NCBI GenBank assembly: GCA_020632515.1
Contig: JACKFK010000005.1
Coordinates: 29,327-93,326, forward strand
Origin: Candidatus Omnitrophota bacterium
GTDB lineage: Bacteria; Omnitrophota; Gorgyraeia; Zapsychrales; Zapsychraceae
Direction: 5' to 3'
Length of the DNA stretch: 64,000 nt
Shown here: in pieces, positions 38,532-47,506 of the stretch
How positions within the stretch are numbered: the first letter of the stretch is position 1
Layout: every line of letters starts with the position of its first letter
The notes under the pieces: model-generated
What the model was told of the DNA's origin: nothing
The model's input: the letters and a program-made list of their open reading frames with translations, nothing else
The model's database searches: none
Program-made: the position numbers and the translations under genes

Positions 38532-39641
38532 ATGAAAAAGAAAAAAGAATTAAAAAATATTTTTTTGTCGTCTATTCATCAAGATGCTGGAAAAACGACA
38601 ATGTCTTTAGGTTTGTTTAAAGCTTTAAAGGATCGACGGTTGAGAACGTCGTTTATGAAACCAATAGGACAACAGTTTGTTAATGTTAACAATCTCACAA
38701 TAGATAAAGATTCATATTTAATAGGACAGGTTTTTCAAAAAGGGAAAACAATAAAAGAAATGAGTCCTATAACAATTGGACGAGGATATACAGAAAAATA
38801 TATATTTAATCCGCATAAAGATAAATTAAGCGCGACTATAGTTAAATCTTTTAAAAGCCTAACAAAAAGTAAAGACGCTATAATCGTTGAAGGCACAGGG
38901 CATGCCGGGGTCGGCGCCGTCATAGATTATTCGAATGCTGATGTCGCTGCTTTGTTGGGATCCAAAACGATTATTATTAGCGGTGGGGGGATAGGCCGAA
39001 GCATTGATGAAATTGTTTTAAATAAGGCTCTATTTGATCTAAAAGGTGTAGAAATTATCGGGGTTATTGTAAATAAAGTTTTGCCGGAAAAATACGATAA
39101 GATCAAAAGAGTTATTGGCCAAGGATTAAAAAATAAAGGAATTTCATTGTTAGGTGTTATACCTGTTCAGCCTTTGTTAAGCGCTCCGACAATTGAACAA
39201 GTTAAACAACGATTGAATTTGCAAATTTTGTGTGGAGAGAATAGCACGAATAGGCGTATTAAACATACAATTGTCGCCGCAATGGAACCTCATAATATGA
39301 TTCATTATCTTAAAGATGGCACATTGGTTTTAACGTCGGGAGACCGTGTCGATAATATTTTAGTTGCAGTAAGCTCTCATTTAGTTCGTGACGGCAGGAG
39401 TTTTCAAGTTTCCGGAATCATTTTAACAGGGGGATTGATGCCGAATCCAAAAATAGTGGAATTACTTAAAAGCAGTCAGATTCCTGTCCTTATTACGGAA
39501 GAAGATACCTATACTGTTGCCGCTAAAGTTGAACATTTGATTTGTAAAATTCAAAAAACAGATAAGGATAAAATTCAAGAGGCGACGAGATTAGTAGAAA
39601 AACATGTTGATGTTGATAAAATTTTAAAAGCATTCGATTAG
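38532..39641 (+). CDS. Stand-alone Pta-N-like protein (BioD/CobQ-like P-loop domain plus DRTGG domain)
   Basis: 369 aa. N-terminal DAGKTT P-loop and VEGTGHAGVG, with a C-terminal DRTGG-like motif (LVLTSGDR). Resembles the N-terminal regulatory half of long phosphotransacetylases but has no PTA_PTB catalytic domain. Confidence 0.6.
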   Translation: MKKKKELKNIFLSSIHQDAGKTTMSLGLFKALKDRRLRTSFMKPIGQQFVNVNNLTIDKDSYLIGQVFQKGKTIKEMSPITIGRGYTEKYIFNPHKDKLSATIVKSFKSLTKSKDAIIVEGTGHAGVGAVIDYSNADVAALLGSKTIIISGGGIGRSIDEIVLNKALFDLKGVEIIGVIVNKVLPEKYDKIKRVIGQGLKNKGISLLGVIPVQPLLSAPTIEQVKQRLNLQILCGENSTNRRIKHTIVAAMEPHNMIHYLKDGTLVLTSGDRVDNILVAVSSHLVRDGRSFQVSGIILTGGLMPNPKIVELLKSSQIPVLITEEDTYTVAAKVEHLICKIQKTDKDKIQEATRLVEKHVDVDKILKAFD

Positions 39642-39684
39642 TTTTTTTAATCTTTAGTAACAATAAAATATTTTTTATTTTTTA

Positions 39685-39713
39685 TTGAGTTCTTGACATA
39701 ACAATGGTATTAT
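39685..39713 (+). promoter_or_regulatory. Promoter candidate for the nqr operon
   Basis: TTGAGT (39685-39690), 17-nt spacer, TATTAT (39708-39713). Confidence 0.3.
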
Positions 39714-39757
39714 GCCAATTTATTCTTAACACCACTTATGGGATTATTACAAAATTA

Positions 39758-39790
39758 AACTGACTTATTGATTGAAGTCAGTTCTTTTTT
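39758..39790 (+). terminator. Terminator-like hairpin 7 nt upstream of the nqrA start
   Basis: AACTGACTT - ATTGATTG - AAGTCAGTT followed by CTTTTTT. No SD lies between it and ATG 39798. Confidence 0.45.
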
Positions 39791-39797
39791 AAATATT

Positions 39798-41147
39798 ATG
39801 GCAACATATAATTTAAGAAAAGGTAGAGATATTAATTTAAAGGGCAAAGCGGCAAAGGAGTTTGTCAAGTTGCCCTTACCGAAACAGATTGCCATTCAAC
39901 CAACCGACTTTCGCGGTCTAAAACCCCGGTTGCTAGTCAAGATTGGCGATGTTGTTAAGGTCGGTACCCCACTGATCGTCGACAAAAAACACCCAGAAAT
40001 TAAATTTGTTTCTTCAGCCAGCGGAAAGGTTTGTGCGATTAATCGCGGAGAAAAAAGGCTTTTATTGGAAGTTGTTATTGAAACGGATGGGAAGCAGGAT
40101 GCTGAAAAATTTGAAACAGTTGGTGAGCAAAAATTAAAAACGTTGACGAAGAAAAAAGTCACGGAATTGATGCTCAACAGCGGTTTGTGGCCAATCATTC
40201 GCCAACGACCATTCTCAAAAGTGGCTAATCCGGAAGATAATCCGAAGTCTATTTTTGTTCGTGCTCTTAATACAGATCCTTTAGGCCCAGATGTTGATTT
40301 TATTTTGCAAGGCAAAGAAAAGGATTTTCAGTTAGGCGTAGAAGCGTTGACTCATTTAACAGAAGGAAAAGTTTTTGTTTGTACGAAAAAAGATACACAG
40401 ATAAAGTTTTCTGCTACAACAAAGAATATAGAAACCCACCAATTTTCCGGCCCTCATCCAACAGGGAATGTTAGTACACATATCCATTTATTGGATCCAA
40501 TAAATAAAGGGGATATTGTTTGGTATGTGGAAGCCCAAGATGTTGTTCGGTTAGGACGATTCTTTACAAATGGCGAGTATCCAGCGGAACGTGTAGTTGC
40601 GATCACAGGAGATATAGTAAAAAATCGTGTTTATGCGCAAACAATAATAGGGACCCCGGTATCAGCTTTATTACAAGGAACAGCCTTACAAAATACACGA
40701 TGTATTTCTGGAAGTATTTTATCCGGCAAGAATGTTGGGAAAAATGGATTTCTAGGGTTTTATGACGCCCAAGTTACTGTTATTCCCGAAGGTGGTCGAA
40801 GAGAGTTTTTAGGATGGTTGGTTCCCGGCTTTGGTAAATATACTTTTTCGCACACGTATGCATCGGCTTTTTTACCAGAGAAAGAAGTTTCCTTAGATAC
40901 AGATGAAAATGGCGGACATCGAGCGATTGTTCTAAATCATCTCTATGATGAATACGTGAGTTTAGATATTGTTACTTATTTTTTATTAAAAGCTATTATA
41001 GCAGGTGATATTGAGGAAGCGGAAAAACTAGGAATATTGGAATGTGATGAAGAGGATTTTTCCTTATGTACGTTTGCTTGTCCTTCTAAAGTTGATGTTG
41101 GAGCAATCATTCGAAAAGGATTAGATTTAATTGAAAAGGAAAGTTAA
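39798..41147 (+). CDS. nqrA: Na+-translocating NADH:quinone oxidoreductase subunit A
   Basis: MATYNLRKGRDINLKG parallels the NqrA N-terminus. About 449 aa and first gene of the nqrA-F order. The ORF is open from TTG 39768. Confidence 0.9.
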   Translation: MATYNLRKGRDINLKGKAAKEFVKLPLPKQIAIQPTDFRGLKPRLLVKIGDVVKVGTPLIVDKKHPEIKFVSSASGKVCAINRGEKRLLLEVVIETDGKQDAEKFETVGEQKLKTLTKKKVTELMLNSGLWPIIRQRPFSKVANPEDNPKSIFVRALNTDPLGPDVDFILQGKEKDFQLGVEALTHLTEGKVFVCTKKDTQIKFSATTKNIETHQFSGPHPTGNVSTHIHLLDPINKGDIVWYVEAQDVVRLGRFFTNGEYPAERVVAITGDIVKNRVYAQTIIGTPVSALLQGTALQNTRCISGSILSGKNVGKNGFLGFYDAQVTVIPEGGRREFLGWLVPGFGKYTFSHTYASAFLPEKEVSLDTDENGGHRAIVLNHLYDEYVSLDIVTYFLLKAIIAGDIEEAEKLGILECDEEDFSLCTFACPSKVDVGAIIRKGLDLIEKES

Positions 41148-41150
41148 TTT

Positions 41151-42332
41151 ATGTCATTTTTAAAAGAAAAATCAAAGGAAATTGAAGAAAAGTTTTTTTC
41201 TAAAGGAAAGCCTTTAGAAAAACTTTATCCACTCTTTGATGCTTTAGATACTTTTTTACTAACACCAGGAAAAATTACAAGAAAAGCGCCTCATGTTCGT
41301 GATTCGGTTGATATTAAGCGTGTTATGATTTTTGTTGTTGTTGCGTTGCTGCCATGCATTATGCTGGGGATTTATAATGTTGGTTTTCAAATTTTAAAAG
41401 CTCAGGGAAGTGTAGGCTCTCTACCTGAAATAATGTTAAAAGGATCCGTCAAGGTTCTCCCTATTATTATAGTAACCTACATGGTGGGAGGCTTATGGGA
41501 GGGGATTTTTGCCATCATCCGCAAGCATGAAATCAATGAAGGGTTTTTAGTAACAGGAATTCTCTTCGCGCTAACACTTCCTCCATCAATACCTTTATGG
41601 CAGGTTGCTGTGGGGATTTCATTTGGAGTTGTCTTTGGGAAAGAAATTTTTGGTGGAACGGGATATAATTTTTTGAATCCTGCTTTAACAGCTCGCGCGT
41701 TCATATTTTTTGCGTATCCGGCACAAATGTCGGGAGATGCTGTTTGGGCTGCTGTTGATGGTTTTTCTCAAGCCACCCCCTTAGCTGTTGTTGCCGCTTC
41801 TCCTAAAGGCGCAAGCGCTGTGGCGGCCTTAGCTGATGCAGGGTATTCTTTAAAGCAAGTGTTTCTTGGTTTTATTCCAGGTTCCATAGGGGAAACTTCT
41901 ACAGCCGCATGTTTAGCAGGGTTGATCTTTTTACTTATAACGCGCGTAGCCAGCTGGAGAATTATTGCCGGCTGTGTTGTTGGGATGTTTTCAATGAGTT
42001 CTTTGTTTCTGTTATTTAAAGGTCCGGAATCATTAGCCTTTTTTTCATTACCACCTTACTGGCATATGGTGATGGGAGGCTTTGCTTTTGGAGCGATATT
42101 CATGGCAACGGATCCGGTTTCTTCCAGTGCCACAAATGTGGGTAGATGGATTTATGGATTTTTGATCGGAGGGTTGGTGGTTTTAATTCGCATGGTTAAT
42201 CCTGCTTATCCAGAAGGCGTGATGTTGGCCATTTTGTTTATGAATATTTTTGCGCCGACGATTGATCATTTTGTTGTTCAGGCCAACGTTAATAAACGAT
42301 TAAAAAGAGTGAAAGCTGTAAAAGAAAGTTAA
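41151..42332 (+). CDS. nqrB: Na+-NQR subunit B
   Basis: 393 aa polytopic protein of the NqrB/RnfD family, with an FMN-attachment-like FSQATPL. Confidence 0.92.
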   Translation: MSFLKEKSKEIEEKFFSKGKPLEKLYPLFDALDTFLLTPGKITRKAPHVRDSVDIKRVMIFVVVALLPCIMLGIYNVGFQILKAQGSVGSLPEIMLKGSVKVLPIIIVTYMVGGLWEGIFAIIRKHEINEGFLVTGILFALTLPPSIPLWQVAVGISFGVVFGKEIFGGTGYNFLNPALTARAFIFFAYPAQMSGDAVWAAVDGFSQATPLAVVAASPKGASAVAALADAGYSLKQVFLGFIPGSIGETSTAACLAGLIFLLITRVASWRIIAGCVVGMFSMSSLFLLFKGPESLAFFSLPPYWHMVMGGFAFGAIFMATDPVSSSATNVGRWIYGFLIGGLVVLIRMVNPAYPEGVMLAILFMNIFAPTIDHFVVQANVNKRLKRVKAVKES

Positions 42333-42356
42333 ACAAACTTTTTAAGGAATTATTCC

Positions 42357-43082
42357 GTGGGAAAAGATTTTAATAAAGAATCAAGTTCATACATATTTAC
42401 CTTTGCCATGATTATTTGCGTTGTTTGCAGTTTTTCTTTGGCCTTGGTTTCGCAAGGATTAAAAGCAAAAAAAGAAACTAATATCGCGTTAGATATTAAG
42501 AAAAATATTTTAAAAGCCGTGAATTTAGAAGAGCATTTAGCTCTGAAAGCTTCAGCCACAGAAATTGAGGCGGCCTATGAAAACAAAATAGAAGAACTTG
42601 TTATTGATCCGTCAGGCAATATTGTTGAAGGAAAGTCACCGAAAGATATTGTTGAAGGAGAATCTTTGTATCCTGTTTATGTTTATAAAGAAGGATCCCA
42701 AAAGAAAGCCTATTGTTTTCCTATTGTTGGGAAAGGTCTGTGGTCGACTCTTTATGGATATTTGGCTTTAGAGCCGGATGCGATGACTGTAAGAGGTATT
42801 ACTTATTATGACCACGGCGAAACTCCTGGATTGGGAGCCGAAATTGAAAAAGATTGGTTTCAAAATAATTTTAAAGGGAAAAAAATTTGGGATTTAAAAG
42901 AAAACAAATTGCATCCGGTTGCTGTTGTTAAAGGAAAAGTTGCCGATAAGTATAGCGGCGAAAATGCGCAGTTTTACGTCGATGGTATTAGCGGAGCAAC
43001 AATGACTTCTAAAGGTGTTACTGAAATGATTGCACGCGAGTTGAACAAATATGAACCGTTTTTTCAGAAGATAAGAAAATAG
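42357..43082 (+). CDS. nqrC: Na+-NQR subunit C
   Basis: One N-terminal TM and the covalent-FMN motif ISGATMTS. Confidence 0.92.
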   Translation: MGKDFNKESSSYIFTFAMIICVVCSFSLALVSQGLKAKKETNIALDIKKNILKAVNLEEHLALKASATEIEAAYENKIEELVIDPSGNIVEGKSPKDIVEGESLYPVYVYKEGSQKKAYCFPIVGKGLWSTLYGYLALEPDAMTVRGITYYDHGETPGLGAEIEKDWFQNNFKGKKIWDLKENKLHPVAVVKGKVADKYSGENAQFYVDGISGATMTSKGVTEMIARELNKYEPFFQKIRK

Positions 43083-43094
43083 AGGAGATGGAAT

Positions 43095-43730
43095 ATGGCA
43101 ACAACAATCCTATCCAAAAAAGAGCGTAAACAAATAAAAGATGCTTTGTGGGATAATAATCCTGTTACATTTCAAATTTTAGGAATTTGTTCCGCATTAG
43201 CGGTAACAGTTCAATTAAAAACAGCTTTAGTAATGGCTATTTCATTAACATTTGTCGTCTCGATGTCGAATGTTGTGATTTCGATATTACGAAATAAGAT
43301 ACCCTCTAAGATACGAATTATTGTGCAGTTGTCGGTTATTTCATCGTTAGTTATATTGGCGGATCAGTTTTTAAAAGCGTATATGTATGATGTAAGTAAG
43401 CAATTAAGTGTTTTCGTTGGGTTAATTATTACTAATTGTATTGTTATGGGCCGTGCAGAGGCTTATGCTATGGCCAATCCTCCGTGGAAATCATTTATTG
43501 ATGGTCTCGGAAATGGTTTGGGCTATAGTTCAGTATTAATTTTAGTTGCGACAGCCAGAGAAATTTTAGGTTCTGGAACATTATTAGGCTTTCCAGTGGT
43601 TCCGCAATTTCTTTATGATATTGGATATGTCAATTGTGGAATGATGGTTCTGGCGCCAGGAGCTTTTTTTCTTTTAGGAATAATTATTTGGGTGCAGAGA
43701 GCGATAAGCGGATACACCGAATCGAATTAG
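43095..43730 (+). CDS. nqrD: Na+-NQR subunit D
   Basis: 211 aa, NqrD/RnfE family (NP...[12 protein letters not shown]). Confidence 0.92.
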   Translation: MATTILSKKERKQIKDALWDNNPVTFQILGICSALAVTVQLKTALVMAISLTFVVSMSNVVISILRNKIPSKIRIIVQLSVISSLVILADQFLKAYMYDVSKQLSVFVGLIITNCIVMGRAEAYAMANPPWKSFIDGLGNGLGYSSVLILVATAREILGSGTLLGFPVVPQFLYDIGYVNCGMMVLAPGAFFLLGIIIWVQRAISGYTESN

Positions 43731-43754
43731 TGATTCGAAAAAAAGGATATAAAG

Positions 43755-44363
43755 ATGGAACATTATTTAAGTTTAGCTGTTAAAAGTATTTTCATTGAAA
43801 ATATTTTGTTAGCCTATTTTTTAGGGATGTGTTCTTTTTTAGCTTGTTCAAAAAAAATTGAAACAGCGATAGGTTTGGGGATCGCGGTCACATTTGTTTT
43901 AACAGTTACCTGTCCGGCCAACTGGGCGATTAATCATTATCTTTTAGACAAAGGAGCTTTGGCGTGGGCGGGGTTACCAGAAATTGATTTAAGTTTTTTA
44001 AGTTTTATAGCCTTTATAGCTGTTATTGCCGCGATGGTGCAAATTGTCGAGATGGTTTTAGATCGATTTAGTCCTAAATTATATTCAGCCTTAGGAATTT
44101 TTCTTCCTTTAATTGCGGTCAACTGTGCGATTTTAGGAGGGTCTCTTTTTATGGCTGAACGTGGATACAATTTTCCTGAATCTGTGGTTTTTGGATTTGG
44201 GTCTGGAGCTGGCTGGTTTTTAGCGATTGTGGCGATGGCCGCTATTCGGGCAAAATTACAATATTCCCATATACCAAATTCTTTAAAAGGCCTAGGAATT
44301 ACCATGATTATTACAGGTCTTATGGCTATGGGATTTATGTGTTTTGCAGGAATTCAGTTATAG
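43755..44363 (+). CDS. nqrE: Na+-NQR subunit E
   Basis: 202 aa, NqrE/RnfA family (FLGMCSFLA; NCAILGG). Confidence 0.92.
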   Translation: MEHYLSLAVKSIFIENILLAYFLGMCSFLACSKKIETAIGLGIAVTFVLTVTCPANWAINHYLLDKGALAWAGLPEIDLSFLSFIAFIAVIAAMVQIVEMVLDRFSPKLYSALGIFLPLIAVNCAILGGSLFMAERGYNFPESVVFGFGSGAGWFLAIVAMAAIRAKLQYSHIPNSLKGLGITMIITGLMAMGFMCFAGIQL

Positions 44364-44452
44364 AGATAAGAAAAACGTAGCCCGTTCTTATTAAGAAATC
44401 GAAGATCAAAAATGATTTTATAAGTAATAACGGGAAGCGGAAGGAATAAAAC

Positions 44453-45685
44453 GTGCCTTTATATCAATATGTTTTAATTAGCACTACAGTAATGTCGGGC
44501 ATTATTTTGCTTTTAATTATTATTCTATCAATTGTTAAAGCAAAGATTGCCAGCGGTGGAGATTGTAAAATATTTATTAATGATGAAAAAGAGCCGATCG
44601 TTGTCCCAAGCGGAGGAACGCTATTAACGTCATTATCAAATCAAAAAATATTTCTTCCTTCGGCTTGCGGAGGTGGTGGAACTTGTGCCATGTGTAAATG
44701 TCAGGTTGTTGAGGGCGGTGGTGATATACTTCCTACAGAAACAGGGTTGATTCCTCGGCGGGAACAAAAAGAACATTACCGATTGTCTTGTCAGGTGAAA
44801 ATTAGGCAGGATATGAAGATACGTATACCGGAAGAGGTTTTCAACATTCAAAAGTTTGATTGTACAGTTAAGTCTAATAATAATGTTGCGACCTTTATTA
44901 AAGAATTAGTAATTCAATTGCCTAAGGATAAAAAGTTAGATTTTCAGGCTGGCGGATATATTCAGATTGATATCCCGCCATATAATGTAAATTTTAAAGA
45001 TTTTCAAATTGAGAAAAAATATCATCCAGATTGGGATAAATATAATCTTTGGGATTTAAAGGCATCTAACGATGAGGAAATTTTCCGCGCGTATTCTATG
45101 GCCTGTCATCCAGCTGAAGAGGGCATTGTTATGTTAAATGTGCGGATCGCGACTCCTCCGCCCCGAGATATGTCCTTACCACCAGGAAAAGCCTCCTCCT
45201 ATATTTTTAATTTAACGCCAGGTGATAAAGTCACCATCAGCGGACCATATGGCGAATTTTTTATTAAGGATACAAAACGTGAGATGATTTACATTGGAGG
45301 TGGCGCGGGGATGGCTCCAATGAGAAGTCATCTGTTTCATTTGTTTCACACCCTTAAGACGAGAGACCGTAAAGTTAGTTTTTGGTATGGAGCGAGGTCG
45401 GTGCGTGAAATGTTTTACACGGAAGATTTTCGGGATATTGAAAAGAATTTTTCAAATTTTCAATATAATGTGGCGTTGTCAGAACCTTTACCCGAGGATA
45501 ATTGGAAGGGGTATACGGGGTTCATTCATAACGTTGTTTATGAGCAGTATTTAAAAAATCATGAAGAGCCCGAAGAGATTGAATATTATTTGTGTGGACC
45601 TCCGATGATGATTGATGCGGTACAAAAAATGCTCGACTCACTGGGCGTACCGCCGGAGATGATCGCCTTTGATTCCTTCGGTTAA
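44453..45685 (+). CDS. nqrF: Na+-NQR subunit F
   Basis: N-terminal TM, a 2Fe-2S ferredoxin domain ([12 protein letters not shown]) and an FAD/NADH-binding reductase domain ([14 protein letters not shown]). Confidence 0.94.
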   Translation: MPLYQYVLISTTVMSGIILLLIIILSIVKAKIASGGDCKIFINDEKEPIVVPSGGTLLTSLSNQKIFLPSACGGGGTCAMCKCQVVEGGGDILPTETGLIPRREQKEHYRLSCQVKIRQDMKIRIPEEVFNIQKFDCTVKSNNNVATFIKELVIQLPKDKKLDFQAGGYIQIDIPPYNVNFKDFQIEKKYHPDWDKYNLWDLKASNDEEIFRAYSMACHPAEEGIVMLNVRIATPPPRDMSLPPGKASSYIFNLTPGDKVTISGPYGEFFIKDTKREMIYIGGGAGMAPMRSHLFHLFHTLKTRDRKVSFWYGARSVREMFYTEDFRDIEKNFSNFQYNVALSEPLPEDNWKGYTGFIHNVVYEQYLKNHEEPEEIEYYLCGPPMMIDAVQKMLDSLGVPPEMIAFDSFG

Positions 45686-45690
45686 GATAT

Positions 45691-45720
45691 AAAAAGGGAC
45701 ACAAAAATGTGTCCCTTTTT
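45691..45720. terminator. Bidirectional intrinsic terminator between convergent nqrF and nqrM
   Basis: AAAAAGGGACAC - AAAAAT - GTGTCCCTTTTT. A- and T-runs flank a GC-containing stem. Confidence 0.8.
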
Positions 45721-45881
45721 TATTTATCACAATCTAAAGGGTTTTTGCCTTCGGCCCGGCAGGCACAAGAGTGAGGATCTACAGAACAGCCTTTTTTTAA
45801 GGTCTTCTTCGCAAAAATTAGGCCAATGGCCATAGCAGCAAAACAAATTCCAAAAATAAGAAGGGTGATTAAAAAATTCAT
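45720..45881 (-). CDS. nqrM: NqrM-like (DUF539) Na+-NQR maturation protein
   Basis: Taken from the internal Met: MNFLITLLIFGICFAAMAIGLIFAKKTLKKGCSVDPHSCACRAEGKNPLDCDK. It has one TM plus a Cys-rich tail, like NqrM, and is adjacent to nqrF. TTGTGT-17-TATAAT lies just upstream, with TATAAT ending 6 nt before this ATG. The ORF is open to 45947. Confidence 0.6.
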   Translation of the reverse strand: MNFLITLLIFGICFAAMAIGLIFAKKTLKKGCSVDPHSCACRAEGKNPLDCDK

Positions 45882-45996
45882 AGGAACATTATAGAAGAAT
45901 CGTTTTAATAACACAAGAAACTTTGTAAAAGTGTAATATTTGATCATTTCGGATCTGGCGAAGTAACGTTTAGAAAAAGGAATATGGGAGAAGTCA

Positions 45997-47235
45997 ATGC
46001 CTAAAAAAGTAACACAAAGTAAAAAATTAAATGTTAATCAAAGTCAGGAATTAAGCGTTTTACGTAAGGTTGTTGATATAACGAATTCAGAACTTGATCT
46101 ATCTTTTATATTAAGCGAAGTTGTAAAGATTGTTACTGAAATGACAAAAGCGGATTCAGTTTTTATTTATTTATTCGACGAGAAAAAAAGACATTTGGTT
46201 TTAATGGCTTCAAAAACACCGCATAAAAAAGAATTAGGCAGTATTATTTTAAAATCTGGAGAAGGGATTACTGGATGGGTTGCGCGCGAAAACAGACCTG
46301 TTGCTATTTCTGAAAACGCGTATGCGGATAAACGTTTTAAAAATTTCGATGTTCTGCCAGAAGATAGATATGAAGCCTTTTTATCTGTGCCGATTGTTCA
46401 TAAAAATAAGGCTATCGGCGTTATTAATGTTCAGCATAAAAAGTCACATGAACATGCGGAGAGCACGATTAGTTTAATGTCAACGATTGCTAAGCAAATC
46501 AGCGGTGTTATTGAGCACGCGCGTTTATATGAGGAAACAAAGAAAAAAGCTTTACAGTTTGACAGCCTGCAAAAAGTAAGCGAATCAATAACGTCCAAAG
46601 CTTATTTAGATGAAATTTTAAATCTAATAGTTGTGGTTACCGCGGAAATGTTAAATTCAAAAATTTGTTCAATTATGTTATTAGATAAAAAAGGAAAAGA
46701 ATTGGAAATCTGTGCGACGCAAAGTTTAAGCACAGAGTATAAAAAGAAACCAAATTTAAAAGTTGATGAAAGTTTAAGCGGCGAGGTTATCAAAATAAAG
46801 AAGCCGATTGCTATTTACGATGTGCGGGAAGATAAAAAATATCGTTTTAAAGATTTGGCTATTAAAGAGAATTTGACTTCCATGGTTGCGATTCCAATGG
46901 TGCTTAAGGATAAAGCTATTGGTGTTATCAATGTTTATACAAAAGAGCATCATATTTTTTCTGAAGAAGAAATTAATGTTTTGCAAATTGTTGCTAACCA
47001 AGCTGCTGTTGCCGTCGAGAATACGAAGTTAATGGAAGAGGCTATTAAATCGAAAGAGGCTCTAGAGGCGAGGAAAGTTATTGAGCGGGCTAAAGGTATT
47101 TTGATGGAAATGAATAATTTGAATGAAGCGGCAGCGCATCGGCTTATTCATAAAAAAGCTATGGATTCGTGTAAATCGATGAAAGAAATTGCGGAATCCA
47201 TTATATTGATGGATGAATTTCAAAAAGGAAAATAA
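45997..47235 (+). CDS. GAF-GAF-ANTAR RNA-binding antiterminator-type regulator
   Basis: 412 aa. Two GAF-like units, each ending in IGVINV (..AIGVINVQHK.., ..AIGVINVYTK..). C-terminal ANTAR domain: LEARKVIERAKGILMEMNNLNEAAAHRLIHKKAMDSCKSMKEIAESII. Confidence 0.85.
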   Translation: MPKKVTQSKKLNVNQSQELSVLRKVVDITNSELDLSFILSEVVKIVTEMTKADSVFIYLFDEKKRHLVLMASKTPHKKELGSIILKSGEGITGWVARENRPVAISENAYADKRFKNFDVLPEDRYEAFLSVPIVHKNKAIGVINVQHKKSHEHAESTISLMSTIAKQISGVIEHARLYEETKKKALQFDSLQKVSESITSKAYLDEILNLIVVVTAEMLNSKICSIMLLDKKGKELEICATQSLSTEYKKKPNLKVDESLSGEVIKIKKPIAIYDVREDKKYRFKDLAIKENLTSMVAIPMVLKDKAIGVINVYTKEHHIFSEEEINVLQIVANQAAVAVENTKLMEEAIKSKEALEARKVIERAKGILMEMNNLNEAAAHRLIHKKAMDSCKSMKEIAESIILMDEFQKGK

Positions 47236-47250
47236 TTTTTATCCCCCCCC

Positions 47251-47279
47251 TTGACAAAATAAACAAGGGGTTGTATACT
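47251..47279 (+). promoter_or_regulatory. Sigma70-type promoter for the amtB-glnK leader
   Basis: TTGACA (47251-47256), 17-nt spacer, TATACT (47274-47279). Confidence 0.6.
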
Positions 47280-47286
47280 TCGAGCA

Positions 47287-47331
47287 TTAAGACAAAGATG
47301 TCTTAAATTGATTTGCAGGACAAAGAAGTCC
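47287..47331 (+). promoter_or_regulatory. Tandem hexaloop hairpins (ANTAR-target type), unit 1
   Basis: P1 is TTAAGAC-AAAGAT-GTCTTAA (47287-47306). P2 is GGAC-AAAGAA-GTCC (47318-47331). Both loops have 6 nt with A at position 1 and G at position 4. The P2 3' arm is part of the 5' arm of terminator T1. Confidence 0.7.
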
Positions 47332-47367
47332 GGATCCAATAGTGAAATTGGCCGGGCTTATTTTTTT
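47326..47367 (+). terminator. Leader terminator T1
   Basis: Base stem AAGTCCGG/CCGGGCTT (one G-U), 2-nt bulge, tip CCAAT-AGTGAA-ATTGG, then ATTTTTTT. Confidence 0.75.
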
Positions 47368-47383
47368 GAGACAATGATGTCTC
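47368..47383 (+). promoter_or_regulatory. Hexaloop hairpin (ANTAR-target type), unit 2
   Basis: GAGAC-AATGAT-GTCTC. The loop has A at position 1 and G at position 4. The 3' arm overlaps the 5' arm of T2. Confidence 0.6.
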
Positions 47384-47415
47384 CTTTTAAAGGTTTATTT
47401 GAAAGGAGATTTTTT
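47380..47415 (+). terminator. Leader terminator T2
   Basis: TCTCCTTT / AAAGGAGA (8 bp, 14-nt loop) followed by TTTTTTATTT. Confidence 0.7.
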
Positions 47416-47452
47416 ATTTATATCTATTTGGCCAAGGAGGTTAAATAGATTA

Positions 47453-47468
47453 AGGACACAGAGGTCCT
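47453..47468 (+). promoter_or_regulatory. Hexaloop hairpin (ANTAR-target type), unit 3
   Basis: AGGAC-ACAGAG-GTCCT. The loop has A at position 1 and G at position 4. The 3' arm overlaps the 5' arm of T3. An upstream hairpin ATCTATTT/AAATAGAT (47422-47450) presents AAGGAG in its loop. Confidence 0.65.
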
Positions 47469-47506
47469 CTTATTCAACCAAAGCTGGTTGAGAGAGGGCC
47501 TTTTTT
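47462..47506 (+). terminator. Leader terminator T3
   Basis: Base stem AGGTCCTCT/AGAGGGCCT (one G-U), 2-nt bulge, tip TTCAACC-AAAGCT-GGTTGAG, then TTTTTT. Same architecture as T1. Confidence 0.8.

Noticed and set aside
39693-39698. A perfect TTGACA upstream of nqrA, considered as a -35 box.
   Set aside because: There is no acceptable -10 hexamer at 16-18 nt (CAATTT/CCAATT). The neighbouring TTGAGT-17-TATTAT pair is a better, though still weak, candidate.
47374-47448. A possible 24-codon leader peptide (MMSPFKGLFERRFFIYIYLAKEVK) in the amtB leader, plus the mini-ORF ATG-TCT-TAA at 47298-47306.
   Set aside because: Neither has an SD. The sequence is accounted for by the hairpin and terminator arms, and the peptide has no run of regulatory codons. 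A classic peptide attenuator is therefore unlikely.
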